Below are positions 39,801-48,110 of a stretch of 64,000 nt of DNA, one piece after another. The translations under genes were made by a program, and so were the position numbers. Source of the stretch: a virus (taxonomy: Duplodnaviria > Caudoviricetes); the IMG/VR virus record IMGVR_UViG_3300042997_002652, positions 192,001 to 256,000 of that record. One strand, given 5' to 3'. Within the stretch, counting starts at the first letter, position 1; every line of letters begins with the position of its first letter. The notes beneath the pieces are model-generated. The model ran no database searches. It was not told the DNA's origin and was given only the letters and a program-made list of their open reading frames with translations.

Positions 39801-40111
39801 TGTTAGACTCAGCAACGATATCAGCAGCTACCGGCGGTATAGCATCAGGCCCTGAAACCGGATACTTAGGAAAGTTACATGGAACTGAGTTAATACAACC
39901 TATTAATTCGGACTCAATACTTTCTAGATTAGCTACTACTCCGGACAATCAACCAACTGAAATTAACAATGACTCACAATCAAGATTAGCCGACTTGTAC
40001 AGATCAAACATGTTATTAGTAGAAACATTAAATTCTAAATTAGACAACATGATTTCTAAATTGGGTGAAAGTAATTATATTCAAGAAAGAATATTAAGTA
40101 ATACTGTATAA
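36869..40111 (+). CDS. Tape-measure-like protein with a C-terminal GH24 (T4-type) lysozyme domain
   Basis: Long helical Ala/Gly/Ser-rich body. Near 39.4-39.8 kb, NEGIRYEPYQDTLGNWTVGVGH carries the Glu-x8-Asp-x5-Thr triad of T4-lysozyme-type enzymes, followed by ALTDLTFNMG and SRWYDQVGGRG. Confidence 0.75.
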   Translation: MALNLDELQDQINEFTQQLADANIKRVQEIRTTGQVSTQLDDQIKDLTVKLKNLTDTQKKLDELTKTLTTSFMSLGSTLLNVSNDITKFSPVVKGVVSGAGTLASGLASASNASPIFVKSIEFATKAAEIFADSLVKYTGTIIKTFDSVATIGGAAGLTATELERLGRESRFSGDDLQVFGDIVKKQGSTLVALGGGVAGGVEAFASFVHVGEDQLKKYRMLGISQTQLAEYQGHYASSLLRSGISLDRSESGQKKLQEASLQYRDVLYALSTLSGDTLEQQQKAMEFQQQHANFQALMTDRDIELIRMEEELSAKKSTLSQEEIATREADINRMKLVNQVLMITATSISPEKMGVKQAADAMTSLATQGMAFTEGIASIEMGFNQAGLSFVGNVRELFNFEGSLEEAAVLVANFTKDLQVSSDAIVDNSNGLAALLGPEYLEVYGSSVERLGASAVTRRQTEEERLALITAAFAKITESADGTTDPVMNLQSELEELGRNFREVVSTISANVLPSLTNFASKTLETGNALYEIITGVSKEERNNEVSGAGISGLGAAVIGALGVILAPKIVTSLARRVLGGTPAGTAAAGTAAAAGTAAAAGTSTSSTIRQQVMRSGQIRPTWQTVSNSNYTPPSTPSPTQAGSSRFSQFLQKVSTKLGPRVAGKLALSAGLLVVPGPGWIMALINLGLNASTAWAVYQIWKEFSGSSDTETQEEEAVTGNISSAFGTATQDLAQSLSQLTGDDTTVGKIPTLTNSFDDLVSTTDLLIEAFGSLSIAVRSPDSENTNSQTTPAPQVSTATDTGITSTTPAPQVSTTTDTGITSSTSAPQVSIARNTGTNVSDQQAKDFIINNEGIRYEPYQDTLGNWTVGVGHLIGSNLPPEMNRRFSHDEVMDMFDQDYMHHKTAAQSIPRFNQLDGLGQTALTDLTFNMGPNWLSGWPNLSNQLNEGDIGSAADNLRNSRWYDQVGGRGPRVTNMLDSATISAATGGIASGPETGYLGKLHGTELIQPINSDSILSRLATTPDNQPTEINNDSQSRLADLYRSNMLLVETLNSKLDNMISKLGESNYIQERILSNTV
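39240..39388 (+). repeat. 51-bp (17-aa) tandem repeat, about 3 copies, Pro/Thr/Ser linker before the lysozyme domain
   Basis: TTPAPQVSTATDTGITS, TTPAPQVSTTTDTGITS, STSAPQVSIARNTG; the first two DNA units are nearly identical. Confidence 0.9.
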
Positions 40112-40116
40112 TAAAC

Positions 40117-40122
40117 TAAATA
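40117..40122 (+). promoter_or_regulatory. T4-type late promoter core (TAAATA) upstream of portal; representative of a window-wide motif
   Basis: The same hexamer lies in short intergenic gaps before many genes. Plus strand: 30495, 36820, 40117, 41933, 42265, 46300, 47099, 48536, 54041, 56064, 62568. Minus strand: 342, 1131, 23359, 23851, 30512, 36835, 48473. It resembles the T4 TATAAATA element read by gp55. Confidence 0.7.
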
Positions 40123-40146
40123 CACTATTAACTAAGTAGATTAATT

Positions 40147-41928
40147 ATGTCATATAAAAAGAAATTTTTAAACAAAAGCGGTATATCTAGTCCGATTTCT
40201 GGTGTGAATAGCAATCTAGGCGCCTGGAATGGTTCACCTGGACAAAACGGATCATCTACCGGCGGGTGGAATAATCATGACATGGGCTATAAAAACTACA
40301 TGTCAAGATTACCTGAAGTATATACTGGACATCCAAATAGAATAGAACGTTACAATCAATATGAAATGATGGATGTTGATGCTGAAGTTAACGCATGTTT
40401 AGATATCATTTCAGAGTTTTCTACTCAACGTAATGAACACAATAAAACTCCTTTTGATGTAGAATTTACTGAAGAACCCACACCGCACGAAATAGAAATG
40501 ATTAAAACTCAGTTACAACAATGGTGTAAACTTAATCAATTTGATACTAGAATATTTAAGATTTTTAGAAACACGCTAAAATACGGTGATCAAGTATTTG
40601 TAAGAGATCCAGAAAACTTTAAGCTTTATTGGATAGACATGACTAAAGTAGTCAAAGTTATTGTAAACGAAAGTGAAGGTAAACAACCAGAACAATATGT
40701 AATCAAAGATATTAATATCAATTTACAAAACTTAACCGTAGCCCAAAAGACTAATACAGACTTTGCTGCTAATCCTGCTACTGGATCGGGAGGAACAGGT
40801 GGCGGTGGTGCTGGAGGAGGATATACGGTTCCTGCAATGCCTTACAATACTACTGGTTCAAGATTTACTTTAGGACAAAGTGAAAGTGCTATTGATGCTA
40901 AACATATTGTACATCTTAGCTTAACTGAGGGATTAGACAGATTTTGGCCTTTTGGTCAATCAATTTTAGAAAACATTTTTAAAGTCTACAAGCAAAAAGA
41001 ATTGCTTGAAGATGCGGTTCTTATCTATCGTGTTCAACGCGCTCCTGAACGTAGAATGTTCAAAATTGACGTTGGTAATATGCCAAGTCATTTGGCTATG
41101 GCTTTTGTAGAAAGAATTAAAAATGAAATTCATCAACGAAGAATCCCTTCAGCACACGGTGGAGGATCAGTAGTAGATGCTACATATAATCCACTAAGTA
41201 TGAACGAGGATTACTTCTTTCCGGTAACTGCTGATGGTAGAGGTTCTTCAGTTGAAGTATTACCTGGTGGACAAAACTTAGGTGAAATTGATGACTTGCG
41301 TTATTTTAATAACAGACTTGCTCGTGGTTTAAGAGTACCAAGTTCATATCTACCAACTGGTCCTGATGATAATACTACTCCATTAAGTGATGGTAGAGTA
41401 GGTACTGCAATGATTCAAGAATTTAGATTCAATCAGTACTGTGAAAGATTACAAAATTACATGTCAATGAATCTTGATGAAGAATTTAAACTGTTCATGA
41501 GATGGAGAGGTTTCAACATTGACTCAGGATTATTCACGTTAAGATTCAATCCACCTCAGAACTTTGCTGCTTATCGTCAAAGTGAACTAGACTCAGCTAG
41601 AGTTAGTACATTTACTACAATGGAAGCAGTGCCTTATATATCTAAGCGTTTTGCATTAGAAAGATTCTTGGGCTTGAGTGAAGAAGAAATTGCTAAAAAC
41701 GAAAAGCTTTGGGAAGAAGAAAATCAAGAAGAAGTATATAGCGATCCTGCAGGTAGTGACTTACGTAACGTGGGTGTTTCAACCGGAGACTTTCAAACTG
41801 ATCAAACTACTGCCGATTCAATAGAAGCAGGTGAAGAAGCAGGCGCCGAATTGGGACCTGAGGTAGCTGGTCCGGTAGGTGGAGGAGAAGCTGGTGGAAT
41901 ACTACCAACAACTCCTCCGGCGGGCTAA
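40147..41928 (+). CDS. gp20: Portal protein, T4 gp20-like
   Basis: LEDAVLIYRVQRAPERRMFKIDVGNMPSHLA...EDYFFP...GRGSSVEVLPGGQNLGEIDDLRYF...LRVPSS are gp20 hallmarks. Confidence 0.95.
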   Translation: MSYKKKFLNKSGISSPISGVNSNLGAWNGSPGQNGSSTGGWNNHDMGYKNYMSRLPEVYTGHPNRIERYNQYEMMDVDAEVNACLDIISEFSTQRNEHNKTPFDVEFTEEPTPHEIEMIKTQLQQWCKLNQFDTRIFKIFRNTLKYGDQVFVRDPENFKLYWIDMTKVVKVIVNESEGKQPEQYVIKDININLQNLTVAQKTNTDFAANPATGSGGTGGGGAGGGYTVPAMPYNTTGSRFTLGQSESAIDAKHIVHLSLTEGLDRFWPFGQSILENIFKVYKQKELLEDAVLIYRVQRAPERRMFKIDVGNMPSHLAMAFVERIKNEIHQRRIPSAHGGGSVVDATYNPLSMNEDYFFPVTADGRGSSVEVLPGGQNLGEIDDLRYFNNRLARGLRVPSSYLPTGPDDNTTPLSDGRVGTAMIQEFRFNQYCERLQNYMSMNLDEEFKLFMRWRGFNIDSGLFTLRFNPPQNFAAYRQSELDSARVSTFTTMEAVPYISKRFALERFLGLSEEEIAKNEKLWEEENQEEVYSDPAGSDLRNVGVSTGDFQTDQTTADSIEAGEEAGAELGPEVAGPVGGGEAGGILPTTPPAG

Positions 41929-41957
41929 AAGATAAATAGCATATAAAGGAAATTCTA

Positions 41958-42185
41958 ATGAAGTTACTAGAAATGTTTGATACGCCCGTTGCGGGAATGC
42001 AAGATGTTGATCAAGACAACTCTAAACCTACCTGGAAAGCTTCTAGAAAAACTAAATTAACACTTAAACAAATCAGAAAATTACGTAAAATGCTTGACGT
42101 TAGACAGTATGAACGCCAACAACATTTGAAAAAAGTAAGAAAGCAGTATGGAGCAAAAGCAGAAGATGGTGTTCCAAGTATCTAA
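41958..42185 (+). CDS. Small basic protein in the head module (position of T4 gp67/gp68)
   Basis: It lies between portal and prohead protease and has a TAAATA motif at 41933-41938. The function is inferred from synteny only. Confidence 0.5.
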   Translation: MKLLEMFDTPVAGMQDVDQDNSKPTWKASRKTKLTLKQIRKLRKMLDVRQYERQQHLKKVRKQYGAKAEDGVPSI

Positions 42186-42307
42186 TAAGATTGTGAATTT
42201 TTCATAAATCTTGTCAAAAATGTAAAAAATACACACTTAATGACTAGTTTTTTATACTATAGTCTAAATAACTATAAGACAAAGCCATTCTATTCAGGAG
42301 ACTAATA

Positions 42308-43063
42308 ATGGATAACAAAAAATTTGAAAAGTTGATTGATCTTATCATCAACGAAAATACAGAACAAGCTAGTGATTTATTTCATGATATCGTAGTAGAA
42401 AAATCCCGCGAAATTTATGAATCTATCATGGAAGAAGAAATGATGGATGACGACATGTATGACGAAGGCATGGGCGGTGAAGTAGGTGATCTTTTAGACG
42501 AAATTCAATCTGAAGAACATGGTATGATGGAAGATGAAGAAGATGTAGAAGCAATGGACGATGAAATGGACATGGCTGACGCTGATGACTCTTTTGACTT
42601 AAACGATGAGGATTTCGGTGACGAAGAATCAGGTGAAGAAGTAGAAGATGCTGTAATCAGAATTGAAGACAAACTAGACCAGCTAATGGCAGAATTTGAA
42701 TCAATCATGGGCGGCGACGCTGACATGGATGATGCTGAAGAAGTAGAAGTAGATGCTGAAGAAGATTCTGAAGAAGTTATGGAAGCAGTACAACTTCAAA
42801 AAGTATCTGTAACTCACGGTGACAATGGTGTACAAACTAAGTCAACTGTAGCTGCAAACTCAGGTCAGCGCGGAATGGCAAGTAAGCCAGTAGCAGCAAG
42901 TACTACTACTGAAACAGGTCGTACAGCACCAACTACTAAAGATTTAAAAGGCGCAGGAAGTTTTAAAAATGCTCCTGGACAGAAAAAGCAAGATTTGAGT
43001 GCTGCTCCTAAGCCAGTAACTAAAGACGGTTCATCAAACGACCGTAGTCCAGTTGCTAAGTAA
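42308..43063 (+). CDS. Highly acidic putative prohead core protein
   Basis: Asp/Glu/Met-rich middle region, located between gp20 and gp21 where T4 encodes core proteins; TAAATA at 42265-42270. Confidence 0.55.
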   Translation: MDNKKFEKLIDLIINENTEQASDLFHDIVVEKSREIYESIMEEEMMDDDMYDEGMGGEVGDLLDEIQSEEHGMMEDEEDVEAMDDEMDMADADDSFDLNDEDFGDEESGEEVEDAVIRIEDKLDQLMAEFESIMGGDADMDDAEEVEVDAEEDSEEVMEAVQLQKVSVTHGDNGVQTKSTVAANSGQRGMASKPVAASTTTETGRTAPTTKDLKGAGSFKNAPGQKKQDLSAAPKPVTKDGSSNDRSPVAK

Positions 43064-43084
43064 AAAATCTGAGACAAATGGCTT

Positions 43085-43141
43085 TGTTACTCAGTAACAG
43101 CAAAAAAGGGGATCGTAAGGTCCCCTTAAACTGAGAAGTAT
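43085..43141 (+). promoter_or_regulatory. Stem-loop structure immediately upstream of the prohead protease start
   Basis: AAGGGGATC-GTAA-GGTCCCCTT (43106-43127) is flanked by CTCAG (43090-43094) and CTGAG (43131-43135), which can pair; the ATG is at 43145. Confidence 0.5.
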
Positions 43142-43144
43142 AAT

Positions 43145-43798
43145 ATGCATAATAAATCAGTACTACAAGAATATTTAAACCCTTCACTAGCTAAAACTAA
43201 TGTTATGCTAGAAGAAGGTACAGATGCATTTGGAAACAAAGCTAAAAATATGTACATGGAAGGTATATTCATCCAAGGCGATGTAAGAAACGCAAATGGA
43301 AGAGTATATCCAAAGAATGAAATATACAAAGCAGTACAAACTATACAAGAACAACTTAAAAGCGGTATTTCTATTTGCGGAGAAGTTGATCATCCAGATG
43401 ATTTAAAAATCAACTTAGATCGTGTTAGTCATTGTATTACTAGTATGAATGTAGATGGTTCTAACGGTACTGGTAAATTAAAGATTCTTCCTACTCCAAT
43501 GGGTCAGCTTATTAAAACTATGCTAGAAGCAGGAGTAAAGTTAGGTGTATCATCAAGAGGTTCAGGCAACGTTAACGATATGAATGGTCATGTTAGTGAC
43601 TTTGAAATCATTACTGTAGATATCGTAGCACAACCTTCAGCACCTGATGCTTATCCAAAAGCTATTTACGAATCATTAATGAATTATAAGAACGGTAGTT
43701 ACATCAAAGAAGGTTTACAAGAGTCGTTAGAAGTAAAGAAGTTTCGTGCTTCTTTGCAAAAAGATATTACAAAGTTTATTAAAAACTTAAAATTATAA
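43145..43798 (+). CDS. gp21: Prohead core protein protease, T4 gp21-like
   Basis: MEGIFIQGDVRNANGRVYP...GEVDHP...RVSH...KLGVSSRGSG...DIVAQPSAPDAY. Confidence 0.95.
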   Translation: MHNKSVLQEYLNPSLAKTNVMLEEGTDAFGNKAKNMYMEGIFIQGDVRNANGRVYPKNEIYKAVQTIQEQLKSGISICGEVDHPDDLKINLDRVSHCITSMNVDGSNGTGKLKILPTPMGQLIKTMLEAGVKLGVSSRGSGNVNDMNGHVSDFEIITVDIVAQPSAPDAYPKAIYESLMNYKNGSYIKEGLQESLEVKKFRASLQKDITKFIKNLKL

Positions 43799-43881
43799 AG
43801 AATTTATCAAAGTAGGAATTCCTACTTTGTGTTAACTCAAGCACTAGAGTATAAACAGGCAATAAGAGAAGGGGAATAGAT

Positions 43882-44985
43882 ATGCTAGACGCTATCAAAC
43901 CATTGTTAGAAAGCGGATTAATTAACGAAGATATTGGGCAGCAGATTAATGAAGCCTGGGAAGCTAAGTTACATGAAGCCAAAGAACAAGTACGCGCAGA
44001 ACTTAGAGATGAGTTTGCAAACAAGTATGAACACGATAGAAGTGTTATGGTTGAAGCCCTTGATAAAATGGTAACTGAAAGTCTTTCTGAAGAAATTAAA
44101 GAATTCTATCAAGAAAGACAAGCAATGAACGAAGACCGCGTTAAAGCCAGACAGCAACTAAGCGAATCTGCACAAAAATTCAATAACTTTATGGTTCAAA
44201 AATTGGCTGAAGAGTTAAAAGAATTAAGAACAGATCGTAAAGTGCAAATGGAAAATCAACAAAAGATTGAAAAGTTTATTGTACATGCTCTTGCTAAAGA
44301 AATTAAAGAGTTTGCACAAGACAAGCAATCAGTTGTTGAAGCTAAGGTTAAGTTGGTTGCAGAAGGTCGTGCTCAATTAGAAAAACTTAAAGCTAAGTTT
44401 GTTGCTGAAAGTGCTAAGAAAATTAACGCGATTGTTACTACACACATCAAAGGTGAAATGTCACAACTTAAAGAAGACATTAAACTTGCCAAAGAAAATA
44501 ACTTTGGTAGAAAAATTTATGAAGCATTTGCTGGCGAGTTCTCTGTAACTTATCTTAACGATAAAGTAGAAACTAAAAAGCTTATGAATTCATTGATTGA
44601 AAAGGATACAAAATTAGCCGAGTCTTTTGAAAAACTTCAACAAGCACAAAAACTAATTGAAACAAGGGATCGTGAAGTTCGCATTATCAAAGAATCTACT
44701 CAACGTTCTAAAGTACTAGATGATTTAGTATCTACTTTAAACGAAGAAAAGGCTCAAGTAATGAAATCTTTACTAGAAAGCGTACAAACATCAAAATTGA
44801 AAGTCGCTTTCGACAAATATTTACCCGCAGTACTGAACACAGGTAATCAGTCAAGAACAGGGAAATCTGTAATTACTGAAAGTCTAGTAGAAGTAACAGG
44901 TAATAAATCTGCCAAAAACAATAAAGAAGTTGATATGTCTGATAAAGACAATGTTATTGACATCAAGCGTTTGGCAGGGCTTTAA
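43882..44985 (+). CDS. gp22: Prohead scaffolding protein, T4 gp22-like
   Basis: Glu/Lys-rich coiled-coil protein between protease and major capsid genes, ending in IKRLAGL. Confidence 0.8.
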   Translation: MLDAIKPLLESGLINEDIGQQINEAWEAKLHEAKEQVRAELRDEFANKYEHDRSVMVEALDKMVTESLSEEIKEFYQERQAMNEDRVKARQQLSESAQKFNNFMVQKLAEELKELRTDRKVQMENQQKIEKFIVHALAKEIKEFAQDKQSVVEAKVKLVAEGRAQLEKLKAKFVAESAKKINAIVTTHIKGEMSQLKEDIKLAKENNFGRKIYEAFAGEFSVTYLNDKVETKKLMNSLIEKDTKLAESFEKLQQAQKLIETRDREVRIIKESTQRSKVLDDLVSTLNEEKAQVMKSLLESVQTSKLKVAFDKYLPAVLNTGNQSRTGKSVITESLVEVTGNKSAKNNKEVDMSDKDNVIDIKRLAGL

Positions 44986-45012
44986 TAGACATAGATCAGG
45001 AGAAAATATCAC

Positions 45013-46209
45013 ATGTCAAAAATACTCTTAGAAAGCCGTTGGGACGAGACCAAAGAGGCCCTGTTAGAAGGCTTGAAAGGCACTCGCAAATCAACAATGG
45101 GTGTTATCTTAGAAAACACCAAGAAGCAACTACTTGCTGAATCTTCAGCTGGTACAACAACTGCAGGCAACATTGCTACTCTTAACCGCGTAATTCTACC
45201 GGTTATCCGTCGTGTAATGCCAACTGTTATTGCTAACGAACTAGTTGGTGTACAACCAATGACTGGTCCCGTTGGTCAGATCCACACGTTACGTGTACGT
45301 TACGCTCAGTCATTGACTGATACTTCAGCAGCATCAACTTCTGTTACTGCTGGTGAAGAAGCACTAAGCCCGTTCAAAATTGCACAGGCTTATTCTCGTG
45401 TAACTAATGCTGCAACTACTACTGATCAGTACACTGGTGCTAACACTGCTACTTTAGAAGGTAACGGCGGTAAGCAAATTTCCGTGCAAATCTTAAGACA
45501 AGCTGTTGAAGCTAAGTCACGTAAGTTGCAAGCACGTTGGACTTTTGAAGCTGCTCAGGACGCACAGTCACAGCATGGTATTGATGTAGAAGCAGAGATC
45601 ATGGCTGCTCTTGCACAAGAAATCACCGCTGAAATAGATCAGGAAATTCTATTGTCATTGCGTACTCTTGCTTCAACTGAGTTCACTTACAACCAAGCTA
45701 CTGTATCAGGTACTGCTACTTACGTTGGTGACGAACACGCTGCTTTAGCTGTGTTGATCAACCGCGTTGCAAACTTGATTGCACAGCGTACCCGTCGTGG
45801 TGCTGGTAACTGGGCTGTTGTATCTTCAGCAGCATTGACTGTTCTACAGTCTGCAACTACTTCAGCATTCGCACGTACTACTGAAGGAACTTTTGAAGCT
45901 CCAACTAACACTAAGTTTGTTGGTACTTTAAACGGTGCAATGCGCGTATTCGTTGACTCTTATGCTCCAGACACTACTCCGGTATTGGTTGGATATAAAG
46001 GTTCAAGCGAAACTGACGCAGCAGCATTCTACTGCCCATACATTCCATTGATGAGCAGCGGTGTTGTACTTGATCCAAGTACTTTCGAACCAGTAGTTAG
46101 CTTTATGACCAGATATGGTTATATTGAATTGACGAACACTGCATCCTCGTTTGGTAATGCGGCGGATTACGTTGGGGAAATTGCGGTCCAGAACTTAACA
46201 TTCCAATAA
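45013..46209 (+). CDS. gp23: Major capsid protein, T4 gp23-like
   Basis: IANELVGVQPMTGPVGQIHTLR...AKSRKLQARWTFEAAQDAQSQHGIDVEAEI...EIDQEI...FYCPYIPL...FMTRYG. Confidence 0.97.
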   Translation: MSKILLESRWDETKEALLEGLKGTRKSTMGVILENTKKQLLAESSAGTTTAGNIATLNRVILPVIRRVMPTVIANELVGVQPMTGPVGQIHTLRVRYAQSLTDTSAASTSVTAGEEALSPFKIAQAYSRVTNAATTTDQYTGANTATLEGNGGKQISVQILRQAVEAKSRKLQARWTFEAAQDAQSQHGIDVEAEIMAALAQEITAEIDQEILLSLRTLASTEFTYNQATVSGTATYVGDEHAALAVLINRVANLIAQRTRRGAGNWAVVSSAALTVLQSATTSAFARTTEGTFEAPTNTKFVGTLNGAMRVFVDSYAPDTTPVLVGYKGSSETDAAAFYCPYIPLMSSGVVLDPSTFEPVVSFMTRYGYIELTNTASSFGNAADYVGEIAVQNLTFQ

Positions 46210-46250
46210 AATCTCACTTTTCAGTGATTTTTTGAATGTAATTCAAAAAC

Positions 46251-46281
46251 AGAAAGGGCGCTTAGGCGCCCTTTCTTATTG
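46251..46281 (+). terminator. Intrinsic terminator after the major capsid gene
   Basis: AGAAAGGGCGC-TTAG-GCGCCCTTTCT followed by a T-rich tail. A second AT-rich hairpin (TTTTTGAAT-GTA-ATTCAAAAA) lies just upstream. Confidence 0.85.
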
Positions 46282-46326
46282 CTTTTTATCTAGGTATGAT
46301 AAATAATATCACTGAAAGGTGAAATT

Positions 46327-47097
46327 ATGTTCAACAACACAAAATATACAAAGCTTTACTATCAAATCATAACACCAACTCTGAACAGAGAGTTGAATAC
46401 ATATAAAGAACTACATCATATTATTCCACGATCATTGGGTGGAACCGATGACAAAGATAATCTTACATATCTAACCGCTAGAGAACATTTTATCTGTCAT
46501 TGGCTTTTGGTAAAGATGACTGAAGGACAAGCTAGAAGTAAAATGATCTATGCGCTACAAGGTATGAGAGCACAAAATGATAGTCAGCAGCGTTACGAAA
46601 CAAAGATAACCTCTAGAGTATATGAACACTATAGAATAGAACACGCTAGAATACATTCTGAAACAATGAAAGGAAAACCTGCTTGGAACAAAGGCAGAAA
46701 ACTAGAAGGCGATGAACTAGAAAGACAAAGAGAAAGAACTAGAAATAGAAAGATAGACCCTGTCAAACAAGCAGAAGGTCAGCTAAAGAGAATTGCGAAA
46801 GTTACTGGAAGAAAAGATTCTGAAGAGACTAGGTTAAAGAAAAGTACCGCACATAAAGGTAAATCAAACGGTCCTATGAGCGAAGAAGAGAAGTTAAAAC
46901 GATCAGTTGCTAATAAAGGAAAATCTAAACCGGAAGGATTTGGTGATAAAGTTGCTGAAAGAATGAGAGAAGAGTTTTCTTACAATAATCCTAATAGAAG
47001 AGCCGACCTTAAGAAAGTTTGTGAGCATTGTGGAATTAAAACTGGACCTAGTAATTATACACGCTGGCACGGAAACAACTGTAAAGAAAAAACCTAG
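46327..47097 (+). CDS. Free-standing HNH homing endonuclease with NUMOD3-type DNA-binding repeats
   Basis: ELHHIIPRSLGGTDDKDNLTYLTAREHFICHWLL is an HNH motif. It has repeats SETMKGKPAWNKG, SEETRLKKSTAHKGK and SEEEKLKRSVANKGK, and a C-terminal CEHC...HGNNC. Confidence 0.85.
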   Translation: MFNNTKYTKLYYQIITPTLNRELNTYKELHHIIPRSLGGTDDKDNLTYLTAREHFICHWLLVKMTEGQARSKMIYALQGMRAQNDSQQRYETKITSRVYEHYRIEHARIHSETMKGKPAWNKGRKLEGDELERQRERTRNRKIDPVKQAEGQLKRIAKVTGRKDSEETRLKKSTAHKGKSNGPMSEEEKLKRSVANKGKSKPEGFGDKVAERMREEFSYNNPNRRADLKKVCEHCGIKTGPSNYTRWHGNNCKEKT

Positions 47098-47124
47098 CTA
47101 AATAATAGAGAAGAGGTACTCGTT

Positions 47125-47418
47125 ATGATAGCTAAAGACAGTCAAGTAGTTGAAGTATTAGAAGATGGCACTTTTTATGCATTTGACTTAGAAGTGTGTG
47201 ATCGTGAAGCAGAAAAAGCATTAAAAAACTTACTGAAAAAAGAAGGCAAACTGTTTAACTATGATTATGGTATGACAGTGTTTACTCTATTTGTGTATTG
47301 TGTTCATATCTTGCGTGAAGCGGGTTGGGAAACAGAAGAACTAGTTAACGAAGTATTAGATCATACTGCAATATATGACGGTACTGATGATGACGATGAC
47401 GAAGATAACGAAGAATGA
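47125..47418 (+). CDS. Hypothetical protein with acidic C-terminal tail
   Basis: 97-aa ORF with TAAATA upstream (47099-47104) and an ATGA overlap with the next gene. Confidence 0.6.
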   Translation: MIAKDSQVVEVLEDGTFYAFDLEVCDREAEKALKNLLKKEGKLFNYDYGMTVFTLFVYCVHILREAGWETEELVNEVLDHTAIYDGTDDDDDEDNEE

Positions 47419-48110
47419 AATTATTATTAGGTCCTGAAAATTTACAAACTGAACTTGACTTCACTCTTTTTAAAAAGAAGGGTCCATTTTATATAGTTAA
47501 TAATACAATATCTGCTCATGTAAAAAGAATTGGTGTTTACGTATCAGGTGGATTAGATTCTACTGCTCTTTTGTGTTTGATATTAAGTGAGTTGAAAAGT
47601 ATTGACAAGTTACATGAAATAGAAGTAGTTTGTTTTACTATAGAAAAAAGCGATGGTCCAACTTATTATGCAACACAAGTTATTGAACAAGTAGAAAAGC
47701 ATTTTAATGTTAAGCTAACACATATTAACAACATAAAAAATGATCCTATTCCAGACTTAACTGGAAATATTGGACCAACGCCTATAAAAGAAATTAGAGA
47801 TTACGATCCCAACAATATGATTATATTCATGGGTATTAATCGTATGGCTCCTCCTGAATTAAAAACTTATACTTATCCATTGAAAATAGATTATGGATAT
47901 CAAACTCAAGGGTATCATTATAATTCACCATTTTTGTTCTTACATAAACCACAAATACTAGATATCTATTATAAGTTAGGTTGTGAAAATATTATACCCT
48001 ATACGCATACCTGTACTCAACTTGAAGTGGGCCAATGCGGTATTTGTTACTCTTGTGAAGAAAGAGCTTGGGGTTTTGAAATGCTCGGTAAACAATATGT
48101 TATATCCTAA
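47415..48110 (+). CDS. queC: QueC-like PP-loop protein (7-cyano-7-deazaguanine synthase family)
   Basis: PP-loop GVYVSGGLDST and C-terminal zinc motif THTC...CGICYSCEER. Orthology to true QueC is not established. Confidence 0.6.
   Translation: MKLLLGPENLQTELDFTLFKKKGPFYIVNNTISAHVKRIGVYVSGGLDSTALLCLILSELKSIDKLHEIEVVCFTIEKSDGPTYYATQVIEQVEKHFNVKLTHINNIKNDPIPDLTGNIGPTPIKEIRDYDPNNMIIFMGINRMAPPELKTYTYPLKIDYGYQTQGYHYNSPFLFLHKPQILDIYYKLGCENIIPYTHTCTQLEVGQCGICYSCEERAWGFEMLGKQYVIS

Noticed and set aside
40147-46209. Inteins or introns in portal, protease, capsid, gp46 or gp47
   Set aside because: All read through at plausible lengths with no splice-junction motifs or frame breaks. The extra length of gp46 is explained by coiled-coil duplication.
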